From Erysipelotrichaceae bacterium (GTDB lineage: Bacteria; Bacillota_I; Bacilli_A; Erysipelotrichales; Coprobacillaceae), in the NCBI GenBank assembly GCA_028698185.1, contig JAQVDW010000009.1:35719-67718 (forward strand): a DNA stretch of 32,000 nt, written 5' to 3'. Both the position numbers and the translations under genes were made by a program. The notes beneath the pieces were generated by a model. That model saw only the letters and a list, made by a program, of their open reading frames with translations. It did no database searches and was not told the origin of the DNA. Of this stretch, positions 1 through 8,274 are shown in pieces. The number at the start of each line of letters is the position of its first letter. The stretch's first letter is position 1.

Positions 1-26
1 CCATTTATGATTTTAAAAAGCAACCG

Positions 27-626
27 CTAGTCAAAATTAACGTCACACAAATCGTAGATTGCCTGCCATGCCTGGTCGATTCCGGTCTTGGCGAACGAAG
101 AGAACCGGATGAACTTGTCGCTTTCATCGAATCCCAGTTTTTCCTTGATCCGTTTTTCGAACTTCTTGAGCTCGTTGCGCTTGAGCTTGTCCTCTTTGGT
201 CGCCACAACGATCACCGGCAGCTTGTAATACTTCACATATTCGTACATCTGGATATCGTCAGCCGTTGGCGTATGTCGGTAATCCAGGATCAGGACCAGG
301 CCTTTTAGGGTCTGGCGTTTTGTGATGTAGGTGTCGATCATCGCCCCGAACGATTTTTGGATGTGCTCAGGAACCTTGGCATAGCCATAACCTGGAACAT
401 CGACGAAACGGAGCTGGTCGTTGACATTGTAAAAGTTCAAAGTTCGCGTCTTTCCCGGGTTGGACGACACTTTTGCCAACCCCTTGCGGTTTAGCATCGT
501 GTTGATGAATGACGACTTCCCGACATTAGACCTTCCCGCCAGACAAATTTCCGGCACTGATTCCTCAGGCCATTGCGACTCCCAGGCCGCCGATAACATA
601 TATTCTGATTTAGTAATTTTTGCCAT
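27..626 (-). CDS. engB: ribosome-biogenesis GTP-binding protein EngB/YsxC
   Basis: 199-aa ORF with GTPase motifs G1 GRSNVGKSS, G3 DVPGYG and G4 TKED. It lies immediately downstream of lon, as in Bacillus lonA-ysxC. Confidence 0.9.
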   Translation of the reverse strand: MAKITKSEYMLSAAWESQWPEESVPEICLAGRSNVGKSSFINTMLNRKGLAKVSSNPGKTRTLNFYNVNDQLRFVDVPGYGYAKVPEHIQKSFGAMIDTYITKRQTLKGLVLILDYRHTPTADDIQMYEYVKYYKLPVIVVATKEDKLKRNELKKFEKRIKEKLGFDESDKFIRFSSFAKTGIDQAWQAIYDLCDVNFD

Positions 627-647
627 AATACCACACTTTCTAAATCA

Positions 648-675
648 AGTATAACAAAAGAATTCCAAAAGACAA
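648..675 (-). promoter_or_regulatory. putative sigma-A promoter for engB
   Basis: On the minus strand: TTGTCT (670-675), 16-nt spacer, TGTTATACT extended -10 (hexamer 648-653). It sits about 20 nt upstream of the engB ATG. Confidence 0.35.
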
Positions 676-703
676 GAAAAAAATCACTGCATGAAGCAGT
701 GAT
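676..703 (-). terminator. rho-independent terminator after lon
   Basis: 8-bp stem atcactgc/gcagtgat (683-690 / 696-703) with a 5-nt loop, followed on the minus strand by a T7 run. The stem overlaps the lon stop codon. Confidence 0.6.
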
Positions 704-3021
704 TACAGAAACGCGTGTTTGAATACGTCATCCATATGTTCGGCAAGGACGATTTCAATTTCGTTGCGCACTTCATTTGGAATGTCTTCGATATCCTTCT
801 CGTTTTGAAGCGGAATGATGATCTTCTTGATTCCTGAGCGGTGAGCCGAAATGGCTTTTTCCTTGAGTCCGCCGATCGGCAGGACATTGCCTCGCAATGT
901 GACTTCACCGGTCATCGCGATATCGTTGCGGACCAGCTTGTTGGCAAAGGCCGAATAGATTGCAGTTGTCAATGTGACCCCGGCAGATGGACCGTCTTTT
1001 TTAACCGCACCTTCAGGCACGTGGATATGGATGTCGAACTTGTCGAACTCCGTATTTTCCAGACCGTACTTTTGGGCATTGGCTTTCAGGTAGTCAAGCG
1101 CGATTGAAGCCGATTCCTTCATGACATCACCAAGTTGACCGGTGATGATGAATTTTCCAGCACCCTTGAAATGGTTGACCTCGATTGGCAGGATGTCGCC
1201 CCCAAATTGAGTCCAAGCCAGGCCGGTAACCACACCCACAGTAGGCTCTTTTTGCTTCTTGGTATGGGTATATGGCGCTTTCGACAAAATCTTTTCCAGA
1301 TTGTCCTTTTCAACCACAAATGTCTCTTTTCCCTTTTTGAGGATTTCCAATACGGCCTTGCGGCAGACTTTGGCAATCAGACGTTCCAGATTCCGGACCC
1401 CGGCTTCGCGGGTGTAATGACGGATGATTTCCATTATCGCACCATCGCTGATATTCAGCTGTTCGGCTTTCAATCCATGGAGTTTGGACTGTTTAGGGAT
1501 AAGGTTGTTTTTGGCAATCATCAGTTTTTCCTGCTCGGTGTAGCTCGAAAGTTCGATTATTTCCAAACGGTCAAGCAGTGGCGCCGGGATTGATCCCAGG
1601 TCATTGGCAGTGGCGATGAACAGGACCTTTGACAGGTCATATGGCTCTTCAAGGTAGTTGTCAGAGAAGAAGCTGTTTTGTTCCGGGTCGAGAACTTCAA
1701 GCATGGCGCTGGTCGGATCACCTTTGTAATCGCTGGCCATCTTGTCGATTTCATCAAGCAGGAAGACCGGATTGACTACGCCTGCTTTTTTCATCGATTG
1801 AATGATTCTTCCTGGCATTGATCCCAGGTAGGTTCTCCGGTGACCGCGGATTTCCGCTTCGTCACGGACCCCACCAAGGCTGGCTTTGACAAATTCGCGG
1901 CCAAGAGCACGGGCAATCGATTTCGACAATGAAGTTTTCCCGACACCCGGCGGCCCGGCCAGACAGATGATCGGCGCTTTAAGCGATTTGGTCATCTGTT
2001 TTACAGCCAGATGTTCAACTATTCTTTCCTTGACTTTTTCCAGACCGTAATGATCTTCATCAAGCACGACTTGGACATGGTTGATGTCCTCGATATCGGC
2101 TGTTTCTTCGAACCAAGGTATTTTCATCATCCAGTCGATGTATGTTCGCACCACATTCGCTTCCGAGCTTGCTTGGGGCATCGCTTCGAAACGGTGCAGC
2201 TCTTCAAGAATTTTCTTTTTGACATGTTCGGGATAAGGATTTTCTTCCAGCTGCTGTTTGATATAGCTGGCGTCATCTTCCTTGTCGACCGTGTCACCCA
2301 ACTCTTCGCGGATCGCTTTGAGTTTTTCTCTCAGGTAGAACTCGCGTTGGTTTTCATCGACAGACTCGCGCACCTTGCGGTTGATTTCCTCTTCGATCAA
2401 AATGATCGAGCTTTCCTGTTCGACGGTCTGGGCTACCAGAAGCAATCTTTCATTGACATTCAATGTCTCCAGGATTTTTTGTTTGCGGGCAAGGGAGCAA
2501 GGCAAATACATGGCAATCGTGTCCGCCAGTTCACTTGGATGCACGCCGCTTTCAAGACGATTGATGGCAACAGTCGGCATATGCGGCAAGTATCTTTGCG
2601 CATCCTGGAAGTATTGCGACACCTTACGCACCAGCGCAACTTCCTCGTTGAAATCACCACGCACACCTTCAACCACTTCACCTGAGGCGAAAATCGTCTC
2701 ATCGGCAAATTCGTAATTGGAAACCTTGAAACGGCTAATTCCCCGAACCGTAACTCGCATCGAATCCTGGGTCGCCCGGCGGATTTTTTTGGAAATCTTG
2801 CACAGGGTCGCCATGTAGAATACATCCTTTTCCGTCGGATTTTCAACTACCGGATCAATTTGGGAAACCATGATGACATTGTCGTCATAATTGTCGTGAG
2901 CCTGTTCAATCGCTTCTAGCGAAAGAGGGCGCCCGATATCTAAAGTCAATTTATTTTCTGGATAAACAACCATTCCGCGAGTAAAAATTACAGGGTATTT
3001 ATACATTGCTTGTTCACTCAT
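703..3021 (-). CDS. lon: ATP-dependent Lon protease (LonA type)
   Basis: 772-aa ORF with Walker A GPPGVGKTS, protease catalytic-Ser motif DGPSAGVT and an N-terminal LON substrate domain. RBS AAGGAGG lies upstream of the ATG. Confidence 0.95.
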   Translation of the reverse strand: MSEQAMYKYPVIFTRGMVVYPENKLTLDIGRPLSLEAIEQAHDNYDDNVIMVSQIDPVVENPTEKDVFYMATLCKISKKIRRATQDSMRVTVRGISRFKVSNYEFADETIFASGEVVEGVRGDFNEEVALVRKVSQYFQDAQRYLPHMPTVAINRLESGVHPSELADTIAMYLPCSLARKQKILETLNVNERLLLVAQTVEQESSIILIEEEINRKVRESVDENQREFYLREKLKAIREELGDTVDKEDDASYIKQQLEENPYPEHVKKKILEELHRFEAMPQASSEANVVRTYIDWMMKIPWFEETADIEDINHVQVVLDEDHYGLEKVKERIVEHLAVKQMTKSLKAPIICLAGPPGVGKTSLSKSIARALGREFVKASLGGVRDEAEIRGHRRTYLGSMPGRIIQSMKKAGVVNPVFLLDEIDKMASDYKGDPTSAMLEVLDPEQNSFFSDNYLEEPYDLSKVLFIATANDLGSIPAPLLDRLEIIELSSYTEQEKLMIAKNNLIPKQSKLHGLKAEQLNISDGAIMEIIRHYTREAGVRNLERLIAKVCRKAVLEILKKGKETFVVEKDNLEKILSKAPYTHTKKQKEPTVGVVTGLAWTQFGGDILPIEVNHFKGAGKFIITGQLGDVMKESASIALDYLKANAQKYGLENTEFDKFDIHIHVPEGAVKKDGPSAGVTLTTAIYSAFANKLVRNDIAMTGEVTLRGNVLPIGGLKEKAISAHRSGIKKIIIPLQNEKDIEDIPNEVRNEIEIVLAEHMDDVFKHAFL

Positions 3022-3036
3022 AATTTTCCTCCTTGT

Positions 3037-3059
3037 ATAAAAAGACGCCGAAGCGTCCT
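3037..3059 (-). terminator. rho-independent terminator after tig
   Basis: Minus strand reads GGACGC-TTCG-GCGTCT followed by TTTTT. It lies between the tig stop (3069) and the lon RBS. Confidence 0.6.
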
Positions 3060-3068
3060 TTAATTATA

Positions 3069-4355
3069 TTACTTTTTAAGATTGTCTCTTACAAATTCAA
3101 GAGCTTTTCTTGTAAGTAAATCAGACTCTAAACGGTCCATATTATTAGCGAAGATGTTTTTAACTTCTTCTAACTCTCTTTGGTAAGTGTCAGCGATCAA
3201 TTGCAATTCAGCATCTAGTTCTTCTTGAGTGTTTTCCAATCCTTCAGCTTTCACGATTTGTGCTAGAATCGCGTTCAATTTGAAACGGTCAACCGCTTGA
3301 GGGCGAACGTCTTCGGCGATCTTGTCTTTAGATTGTCCTGTGAATTGTTCATACAATTCGAAGTTCAATCCTTGTTGTTGCAGGTTCATTTCGATTTCTT
3401 GAAGCAACTGTTGTACTTCTTGTTCGATCATAGCTGCTGATTCTTCAACTTTTGAGTTTTCGATGATCGCTTTGAACAGATCTTCGTTGAATTTGTTATC
3501 GACTTCTGATTCCTTGCGGCTAGTAAGATCTTTAGTCACATGTTCTTTAAGTTGGTCTAAAGTTTCAACACCTTCGATGTTCACATCTTTAGCCAATTCG
3601 TCATCGATTTCTGGCAATGTTTTTGTTTTGATGTCGATGATTTTACATTTGAATGTAGCTTCTTTACCTGCAAGGTTTTCAGCACCGTAGTTTTCAGGGA
3701 AAGTGACAACAACGTCTTTTTCTTCACCAGCTTTAAGTCCAACCAATTGGTCTTCGAATCCAGGGATGAATGAACCTGAACCGATTTCCAATGGATAAGC
3801 TTCACCTTTTCCACCTTCGAAAGCTTCACCATCAACGAATCCTTCGAAATCGATTGTAGCTGTGTCGTTTAGTTCAACTGCTGCTTCTTCACCTTTTACA
3901 GACAATTCAGCGAATTGTTGTTGGTAGTTTTTAAGAGCGTTTTCGATTTCTTCGTCAGTCACTTCAACTGTTCCTTTGGCAACTTCCAAATCTTTGTATT
4001 GTCCAAGTTCAACTTCTGGCAATACTGGGACGCTGATTACAACAGTGATTCCTTCGTCATCCATTTGTTCGATGTTTACAGCCGGTTGAGCGATTGGAGC
4101 CAATTTGTTTTCCATCAAGGCTTTTCCATAGTTTTCTGACAACAAGGCATCGATTGCTTCTTGTTGGATTGAAGCTTGAGAAATTTTTGAGCGCACTAAT
4201 TGTTTAGGTGCTTTTCCCTGTCTGAATCCATCAACTTTGACATTTTTAGCTAATTTATCAACTGCTGCTTCTTTAGCGCCAGTCCATTCTTCTTTATCAA
4301 AAGAAAGTTTGACTTCTGTGATTGCGTTTTCTAATCTTTTAATACTTGTATTCAT
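3069..4355 (-). CDS. tig: trigger factor (ribosome-associated PPIase chaperone)
   Basis: 428-aa acidic ORF. The N-terminal ribosome-binding signature GFRQGKAPK matches the GFRxGxxP motif, there is a central FKBP-like segment, and the tig-lon synteny fits. Confidence 0.93.
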   Translation of the reverse strand: MNTSIKRLENAITEVKLSFDKEEWTGAKEAAVDKLAKNVKVDGFRQGKAPKQLVRSKISQASIQQEAIDALLSENYGKALMENKLAPIAQPAVNIEQMDDEGITVVISVPVLPEVELGQYKDLEVAKGTVEVTDEEIENALKNYQQQFAELSVKGEEAAVELNDTATIDFEGFVDGEAFEGGKGEAYPLEIGSGSFIPGFEDQLVGLKAGEEKDVVVTFPENYGAENLAGKEATFKCKIIDIKTKTLPEIDDELAKDVNIEGVETLDQLKEHVTKDLTSRKESEVDNKFNEDLFKAIIENSKVEESAAMIEQEVQQLLQEIEMNLQQQGLNFELYEQFTGQSKDKIAEDVRPQAVDRFKLNAILAQIVKAEGLENTQEELDAELQLIADTYQRELEEVKNIFANNMDRLESDLLTRKALEFVRDNLKK

Positions 4356-4384
4356 ACTGATCTCCTTTTTTTGTTTCGCACCTT

Positions 4385-4413
4385 ATTATATACTAAATGC
4401 CCGGTTTATTCAA
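4385..4413 (-). promoter_or_regulatory. putative sigma-A promoter for tig
   Basis: Minus strand: TTGAAT (4408-4413), 17-nt spacer, TATAAT (4385-4390). RBS AAAGGAGA precedes the ATG at 4355. Confidence 0.55.
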
Positions 4414-4417
4414 CTAA

Positions 4418-5335
4418 TTAATACTCGATTGCCTTGAAATTTTCAAGATATTCCTGGATTTGAGCCTCATCACCATAATAATCCAGCTCGATTTCCTCCA
4501 GGGAAATGTCGATATTCTGAAGCGTCGCAAGATAGTAGTGGATTGCGCCGGCAAGATTGTTTACCTGATCATCCTCGATTGTCTCAGGGAAAATCTCGTA
4601 AAGGTAGACCGTCAAAAACTGAAGGGCCTGGTCGAACAGTGACGGATTCTCATCTTCCATGTTCTCACTTAGCGCTGCCACGATCCGATCGACACTTAGC
4701 TGTTCGAGCACTGGATTCATCAACGAAGGGTTGATATATTCCTCGTGATAACCTTTGACAACAAGAAACTCCTCATCGATCACCTGTTCGATAAGCATCT
4801 CGATGATCAGGCTCTTGGCAAAACTTGGGGCCTGTTCATTTTTCAAGAATGCATGGATATAAGGCAACAAACGGCGGATATTGAGCGATTGCATCTGGTT
4901 GATCGCCAGATAAATGACATCGCTGTTTGTATTTCGGCCCATCAGGATGGCCTCGATATCCTCGAGATTGAAAGTCTGGTTGTTGTAGTCAAACTCGCTT
5001 TCATGCTTGGCAAGAAGCAGCTGATCATAAACTTCGTTAAACATCATCTCATAATTGTTGGGGATGTACGGCATCGACAATTCCTCGATGACCATGTCGA
5101 TAGCCTCGTCATACTGTTCCAATTCCTTTAGTATTGTCAGATACAAACCGACAACTTCATAATAGCTCTGTTCCGCTTTAACTTTGGCGATAATCGCTTC
5201 CTGAAGCGCCTGATTGTATTCATTCAAGCCGACCAGGCAAATTAGCCGCTGCAAGCGGACATTTTCATCTTCGAGATCAGTAAGCAGCTTTAAAGCTTTT
5301 TGATACTCCTGGTTTTCAATATACTCATTAATCAT
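4418..5335 (-). CDS. hypothetical all-helical (TPR-like) repeat protein, possibly DUF3196/MPN330-like
   Basis: 305-aa ORF with good coding periodicity, acidic and predicted helical, with no TM segments. Its size and its position just upstream of tig-lon resemble the Mycoplasma MPN330 family (recalled from memory, not verified). Confidence 0.6.
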   Translation of the reverse strand: MINEYIENQEYQKALKLLTDLEDENVRLQRLICLVGLNEYNQALQEAIIAKVKAEQSYYEVVGLYLTILKELEQYDEAIDMVIEELSMPYIPNNYEMMFNEVYDQLLLAKHESEFDYNNQTFNLEDIEAILMGRNTNSDVIYLAINQMQSLNIRRLLPYIHAFLKNEQAPSFAKSLIIEMLIEQVIDEEFLVVKGYHEEYINPSLMNPVLEQLSVDRIVAALSENMEDENPSLFDQALQFLTVYLYEIFPETIEDDQVNNLAGAIHYYLATLQNIDISLEEIELDYYGDEAQIQEYLENFKAIEY

Positions 5336-5480
5336 CTATATTCTTCTCGTCCTCTAATTCGTCGAATTCATAAACAACTTCATTATGATCCGCATTTTTT
5401 TCCAATTCCAGCCGCTCGAGAATATTCAAATATTCTTCATCACGGCCGTTTTGCTTTTGGCCATCATCGATAAATGCCAT
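5328..5480 (-). CDS. small acidic hypothetical protein (50 aa)
   Basis: Hand translation gives MAFIDDGQKQNGRDEEYLNILERLELEKNADHNEVVYEFDELEDEKNIDD. The ATG is 3 nt after the LysR stop, with AGAAGG 7 nt upstream. The stop overlaps the downstream gene start by 8 nt. The ORF is below the 60-aa cutoff of the supplied track. Confidence 0.4.
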   Translation of the reverse strand: MAFIDDGQKQNGRDEEYLNILERLELEKNADHNEVVYEFDELEDEKNIDD

Positions 5481-5483
5481 TGC

Positions 5484-6347
5484 TCAACCTTCTTTCAATA
5501 ATTTATAAATTTCCAAGTATTCGTTTTTAAACAAACTGTTCCGATTGAATATAAACATTATATCATGATAGAGATTCATATCCAAAATATTTAGTAATTC
5601 AATTTTACCCTGCTCAACTTCCTTGGCCACGGCCATATGGTAGATGAATGAAATACCTGCTCCAGCCCCCACCAGAGCCTTGATGGTATTGATGTCGGAG
5701 ATGACGTTGATATTGGCAAACGCCTTTAGATTGAGGTTGGATTGGCGCAAAAAGCGTTCCAATATTTCCCGCGAGCCTGAACCTTCTTCCCGGACAAATA
5801 TCGGCAAATCCAAAACATCCTCAATGGTGCATGGTCCGCCAAGCTCAATATCCGGAGATTTTATCGCCACATACCTGGCTTTGTCAAAACAGACACCCTC
5901 GAAACTGTTCTTGTCATAGTAGCCTTCGACAACCGCAAAATCCAATTCACCATCAAGCAGCTTCTGGCAAAGTTGCCTGGTGTTGGCAATCAAAAATTCC
6001 ACTTTGTGATGCCTGGCCAGCTTGACTACCCTGGGTGCCACCAGATATTGACCGGCGGTCTTGGTGGCCCCAAAGCGCAAAGGAGCCTCATATTGACAGT
6101 GAAGCACATCAAGCAGTTTCGCCTCATCGACCTGCATGGCGACAAGTTTTTCATAGAGGGTCAAGCCAGCCGGAGTCAACATCAAGCGGCGATTTTGGTA
6201 GTCGAACAGTTTGACCTGGTAATAACGCTCCAAATACCTTATCTGGCTGCTTACCGCCGGCTGGGTCAGATTCAAGACTGCCGCAGCCTTGGTGAAACTG
6301 TTTTTCTTGACCACTGTAATAAATGTGTTTACCCGGAAATCCAGCAT
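5484..6347 (-). CDS. LysR-family transcriptional regulator
   Basis: N-terminal wHTH FTKAAAVLNLTQPAVSSQIRYLE plus a C-terminal substrate-binding domain. It is divergent from a YeiH-type transporter (the yeiE/yeiH-like arrangement). I chose the start at the second ATG (MLDFRVNTF), which has a GGTGA-like SD; the ORF extends to 6362. Confidence 0.88.
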   Translation of the reverse strand: MLDFRVNTFITVVKKNSFTKAAAVLNLTQPAVSSQIRYLERYYQVKLFDYQNRRLMLTPAGLTLYEKLVAMQVDEAKLLDVLHCQYEAPLRFGATKTAGQYLVAPRVVKLARHHKVEFLIANTRQLCQKLLDGELDFAVVEGYYDKNSFEGVCFDKARYVAIKSPDIELGGPCTIEDVLDLPIFVREEGSGSREILERFLRQSNLNLKAFANINVISDINTIKALVGAGAGISFIYHMAVAKEVEQGKIELLNILDMNLYHDIMFIFNRNSLFKNEYLEIYKLLKEG

Positions 6348-6360
6348 CTTCTCACCATTC

Positions 6361-6375
6361 ATAAATTAAATTTAT
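6361..6375. promoter_or_regulatory. perfect 15-bp palindrome containing a T-N11-A motif (candidate LysR operator)
   Basis: ATAAATTAAATTTAT is its own reverse complement. It lies in the LysR/YeiH divergent intergenic region, just upstream of the LysR start. Confidence 0.35.
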
Positions 6376-6445
6376 CAGTACATAATTATTTATAATTTTA
6401 TTTTAGGTATTTGTCAAGCTATACTGCCTGTAGGAGGTAATTATC

Positions 6446-7468
6446 ATGGAACTGAACATCTTAACATCAAAAATCCAAAAAATCACAGCCTTGTTTCCAG
6501 GAATAATGCTTTGCACCATAATCGCCGCCATCGCCACTTGTATGGGCAGCTTGATTCCCACCGTCGGCGCACCGTTATTTGGAATCATCCTGGGCATAAT
6601 AGCCAACACATTTATTTTCCTGGACAATTCATTTTCCCCAGGCATCGCCTTTTCAGGCAAAAAGATATTGCAATGGGCAGTAATCCTACTCGGTTTCAAA
6701 CTGTCCACCAAAACCATCGTCACAACCGGACTTTCCTGTTTGCCGGTGATCATCGCCACCATAACCGTCGCCCTTGCCACGGCTTTCCTTGTTTTCAAGG
6801 CTTTTAAAATTCCCGAGGACCAGGCAATCCTGATCGGCATCGGATCTTGCATTTGCGGGGGATCGGCAATTGCTGCCGGAGCGGCAACCATCAATGCAAA
6901 AAAAGAAGACATCACCATATCTTTGGGCGTCATCTTCTTGTTCAATATAATTGCAGCTTTGATATTCCCGGCTTTGGGCGATTCTATTCACCTTTCCAAC
7001 GCGGGCTTCGCTTTGTTTGCCGGAACCGCGGTGAACGATACCTCAAGCGTCACGGCAACCGCCCTGGCCTGGGACCAGATCCACCAAAGCAACATCTTAG
7101 GTTTGGCCACCGCTGTCAAACTGACCCGGACATTGGCGATAATTCCGATCACCTTGATATTGGGCATTGTCAAAAAGCGGCAGACAAAGGAAAGTCTCCA
7201 GTTGAAGGGCTTATTCCCGACTTTCATCCTGTATTTTTTAATGGCATCGGCCATTTCAAGCTATTTCACCTTAAGCCCGGCGACACTGGGTGCAATCAGC
7301 GAATCGTCGTCGTTTCTTATTGTCATGGCAATGGGCGCGATCGGTTTGAACACCAGGCCGAAGTCACTTATTACCAACGCCAAAAAACCAATACTTATGG
7401 GCTTGATCATCTGGATCAATATAATCATCACTTCGTTGGCCGTCCAATGGATGATAGGCATCAATTAG
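6446..7468 (+). CDS. YeiH/UPF0324-family integral membrane protein (putative sulfate-exporter-family transporter)
   Basis: 340-aa polytopic hydrophobic ORF with RBS GGAGGT 7 nt upstream. Pairing with a divergent LysR gene is typical of this family. Confidence 0.8.
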   Translation: MELNILTSKIQKITALFPGIMLCTIIAAIATCMGSLIPTVGAPLFGIILGIIANTFIFLDNSFSPGIAFSGKKILQWAVILLGFKLSTKTIVTTGLSCLPVIIATITVALATAFLVFKAFKIPEDQAILIGIGSCICGGSAIAAGAATINAKKEDITISLGVIFLFNIIAALIFPALGDSIHLSNAGFALFAGTAVNDTSSVTATALAWDQIHQSNILGLATAVKLTRTLAIIPITLILGIVKKRQTKESLQLKGLFPTFILYFLMASAISSYFTLSPATLGAISESSSFLIVMAMGAIGLNTRPKSLITNAKKPILMGLIIWINIIITSLAVQWMIGIN

Positions 7469-7857
7469 GTCCGTTTGGAGAACTTGTTGCCACAGCGCGG
7501 ACATGTGATCGCTATCTTCCCGCGACCTTTTGGAACTCTTGTCAACTGGCGGCATTGCTTGCAGCGATAGTATCGGAAATCGCGATTTTTAAGTTGCAAC
7601 CCGACCATGCGCAACCATTCTCTTATGGGTAAAGAAATCTTCAGGAACCAGTTGAGCTCCTGCCTTCTTTTCTGGTACTTTCGCGAAAACGAACGGAAAA
7701 GGCTGTACAACATCAGGCCGTAGCTTGGATAAAATAACCAGCTGCTGTTGACAAAGAGATTCATTATGGCCAATGTCAAAGCCAAGCCGATCAGAAAGCT
7801 GTTGAAAAGATCGTTGCCATAACGGCCATATAAAAAACGCATCAATTTTTCACGCAT
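7465..7857 (-). CDS. membrane protein with C-terminal zinc ribbon (hypothetical)
   Basis: 130-aa ORF with RBS AGAAGGTGA. It has two predicted TM helices and then CKQC...(16 aa)...CPRC. This resembles a small conserved Firmicutes protein family. Confidence 0.7.
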   Translation of the reverse strand: MREKLMRFLYGRYGNDLFNSFLIGLALTLAIMNLFVNSSWLFYPSYGLMLYSLFRSFSRKYQKRRQELNWFLKISLPIREWLRMVGLQLKNRDFRYYRCKQCRQLTRVPKGRGKIAITCPRCGNKFSKRT

Positions 7858-7945
7858 TGTTTCACCTTCTTTCCTGGGAATTCTATCACGGTTAAGTTAA
7901 CAGAACATGAATTATATCAATGTAAACCTATCTTCTTATAAATAT

Positions 7946-7970
7946 TCAAAAGCGGCCATTTCTAGCCGCA
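7946..7970 (-). terminator. weak terminator downstream of tRNA-Arg copy 1
   Basis: Minus strand: GCGGC-8 nt loop-GCCGC followed by TTTT. Confidence 0.4.
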
Positions 7971-8058
7971 TAATAATCAAATGGCGTCCACTAAGGGATT
8001 CGAACCCCTGACCGCACGCTTAGAAGGCGTGTGCTCTATCCGGCTGAGCTAAGTGGAC
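7971..8058. repeat. 88-bp direct repeat, copy 1 (tRNA-Arg plus 11-nt 3' trailer)
   Basis: Identical by eye to 11899-11986. Identity stops on both sides: flanking promoters and terminators differ. Confidence 0.9.
7982..8058 (-). tRNA. tRNA-Arg (anticodon UCU), CCA encoded
   Basis: Hand-folded cloverleaf: acceptor GTCCACT/AGTGGAC, D arm GCTC/GAGC, anticodon stem CACGC/GCGTG with loop CTTCTAA, T arm AGGGG-TTCGAAT-CCCTT, then discriminator G and CCA. Confidence 0.93.
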
Positions 8059-8177
8059 CTGATTTCATAAATATTCGAATTCGTAAGCACATTATACACT
8101 ATAATTGGATCTATGCAATAACAATTATCAGATTTTATGACCGGATTGAACCCGGGCCGCCGTTTTTTGGCCGGTTT

Positions 8178-8214
8178 GTGGCATCCATCGATTGTGGCAA
8201 TTGATGGATGCCAC
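8178..8214. other. long perfect hairpin / inverted repeat
   Basis: gtggcatccatc (8178-8189) pairs with gatggatgccac (8203-8214). attg/caat extends the stem to about 17 bp, with one G-T position and a 3-nt loop. It lies downstream of the small ORF at 8275 and upstream of the tRNA-Arg copy 1 promoter region. Confidence 0.6.
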
Positions 8215-8274
8215 GAACAATTTCAACTTTTCGCTGGCCCCATTCCAAAATCAGGTATCGGTTTTTACGACTAT

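Noticed and set aside
6847-7632. Long alternative-frame or antisense ORFs: 6847-7632 (261 aa), 6403-6945 (180 aa), 14354-15052 (232 aa), 2011-2685 (224 aa), 16279-16920 (213 aa), 13454-14059 (201 aa), 23595-24179 (194 aa) and 25627-26145 (172 aa)
   Set aside because: Each lies entirely within, or opposite, a confidently identified gene (yeiH-like, uvrC, lon, mutS2, ATPase, murE). They have odd compositions (R/H/G/F-rich), no RBS and no recognisable motifs, so they are shadow ORFs.
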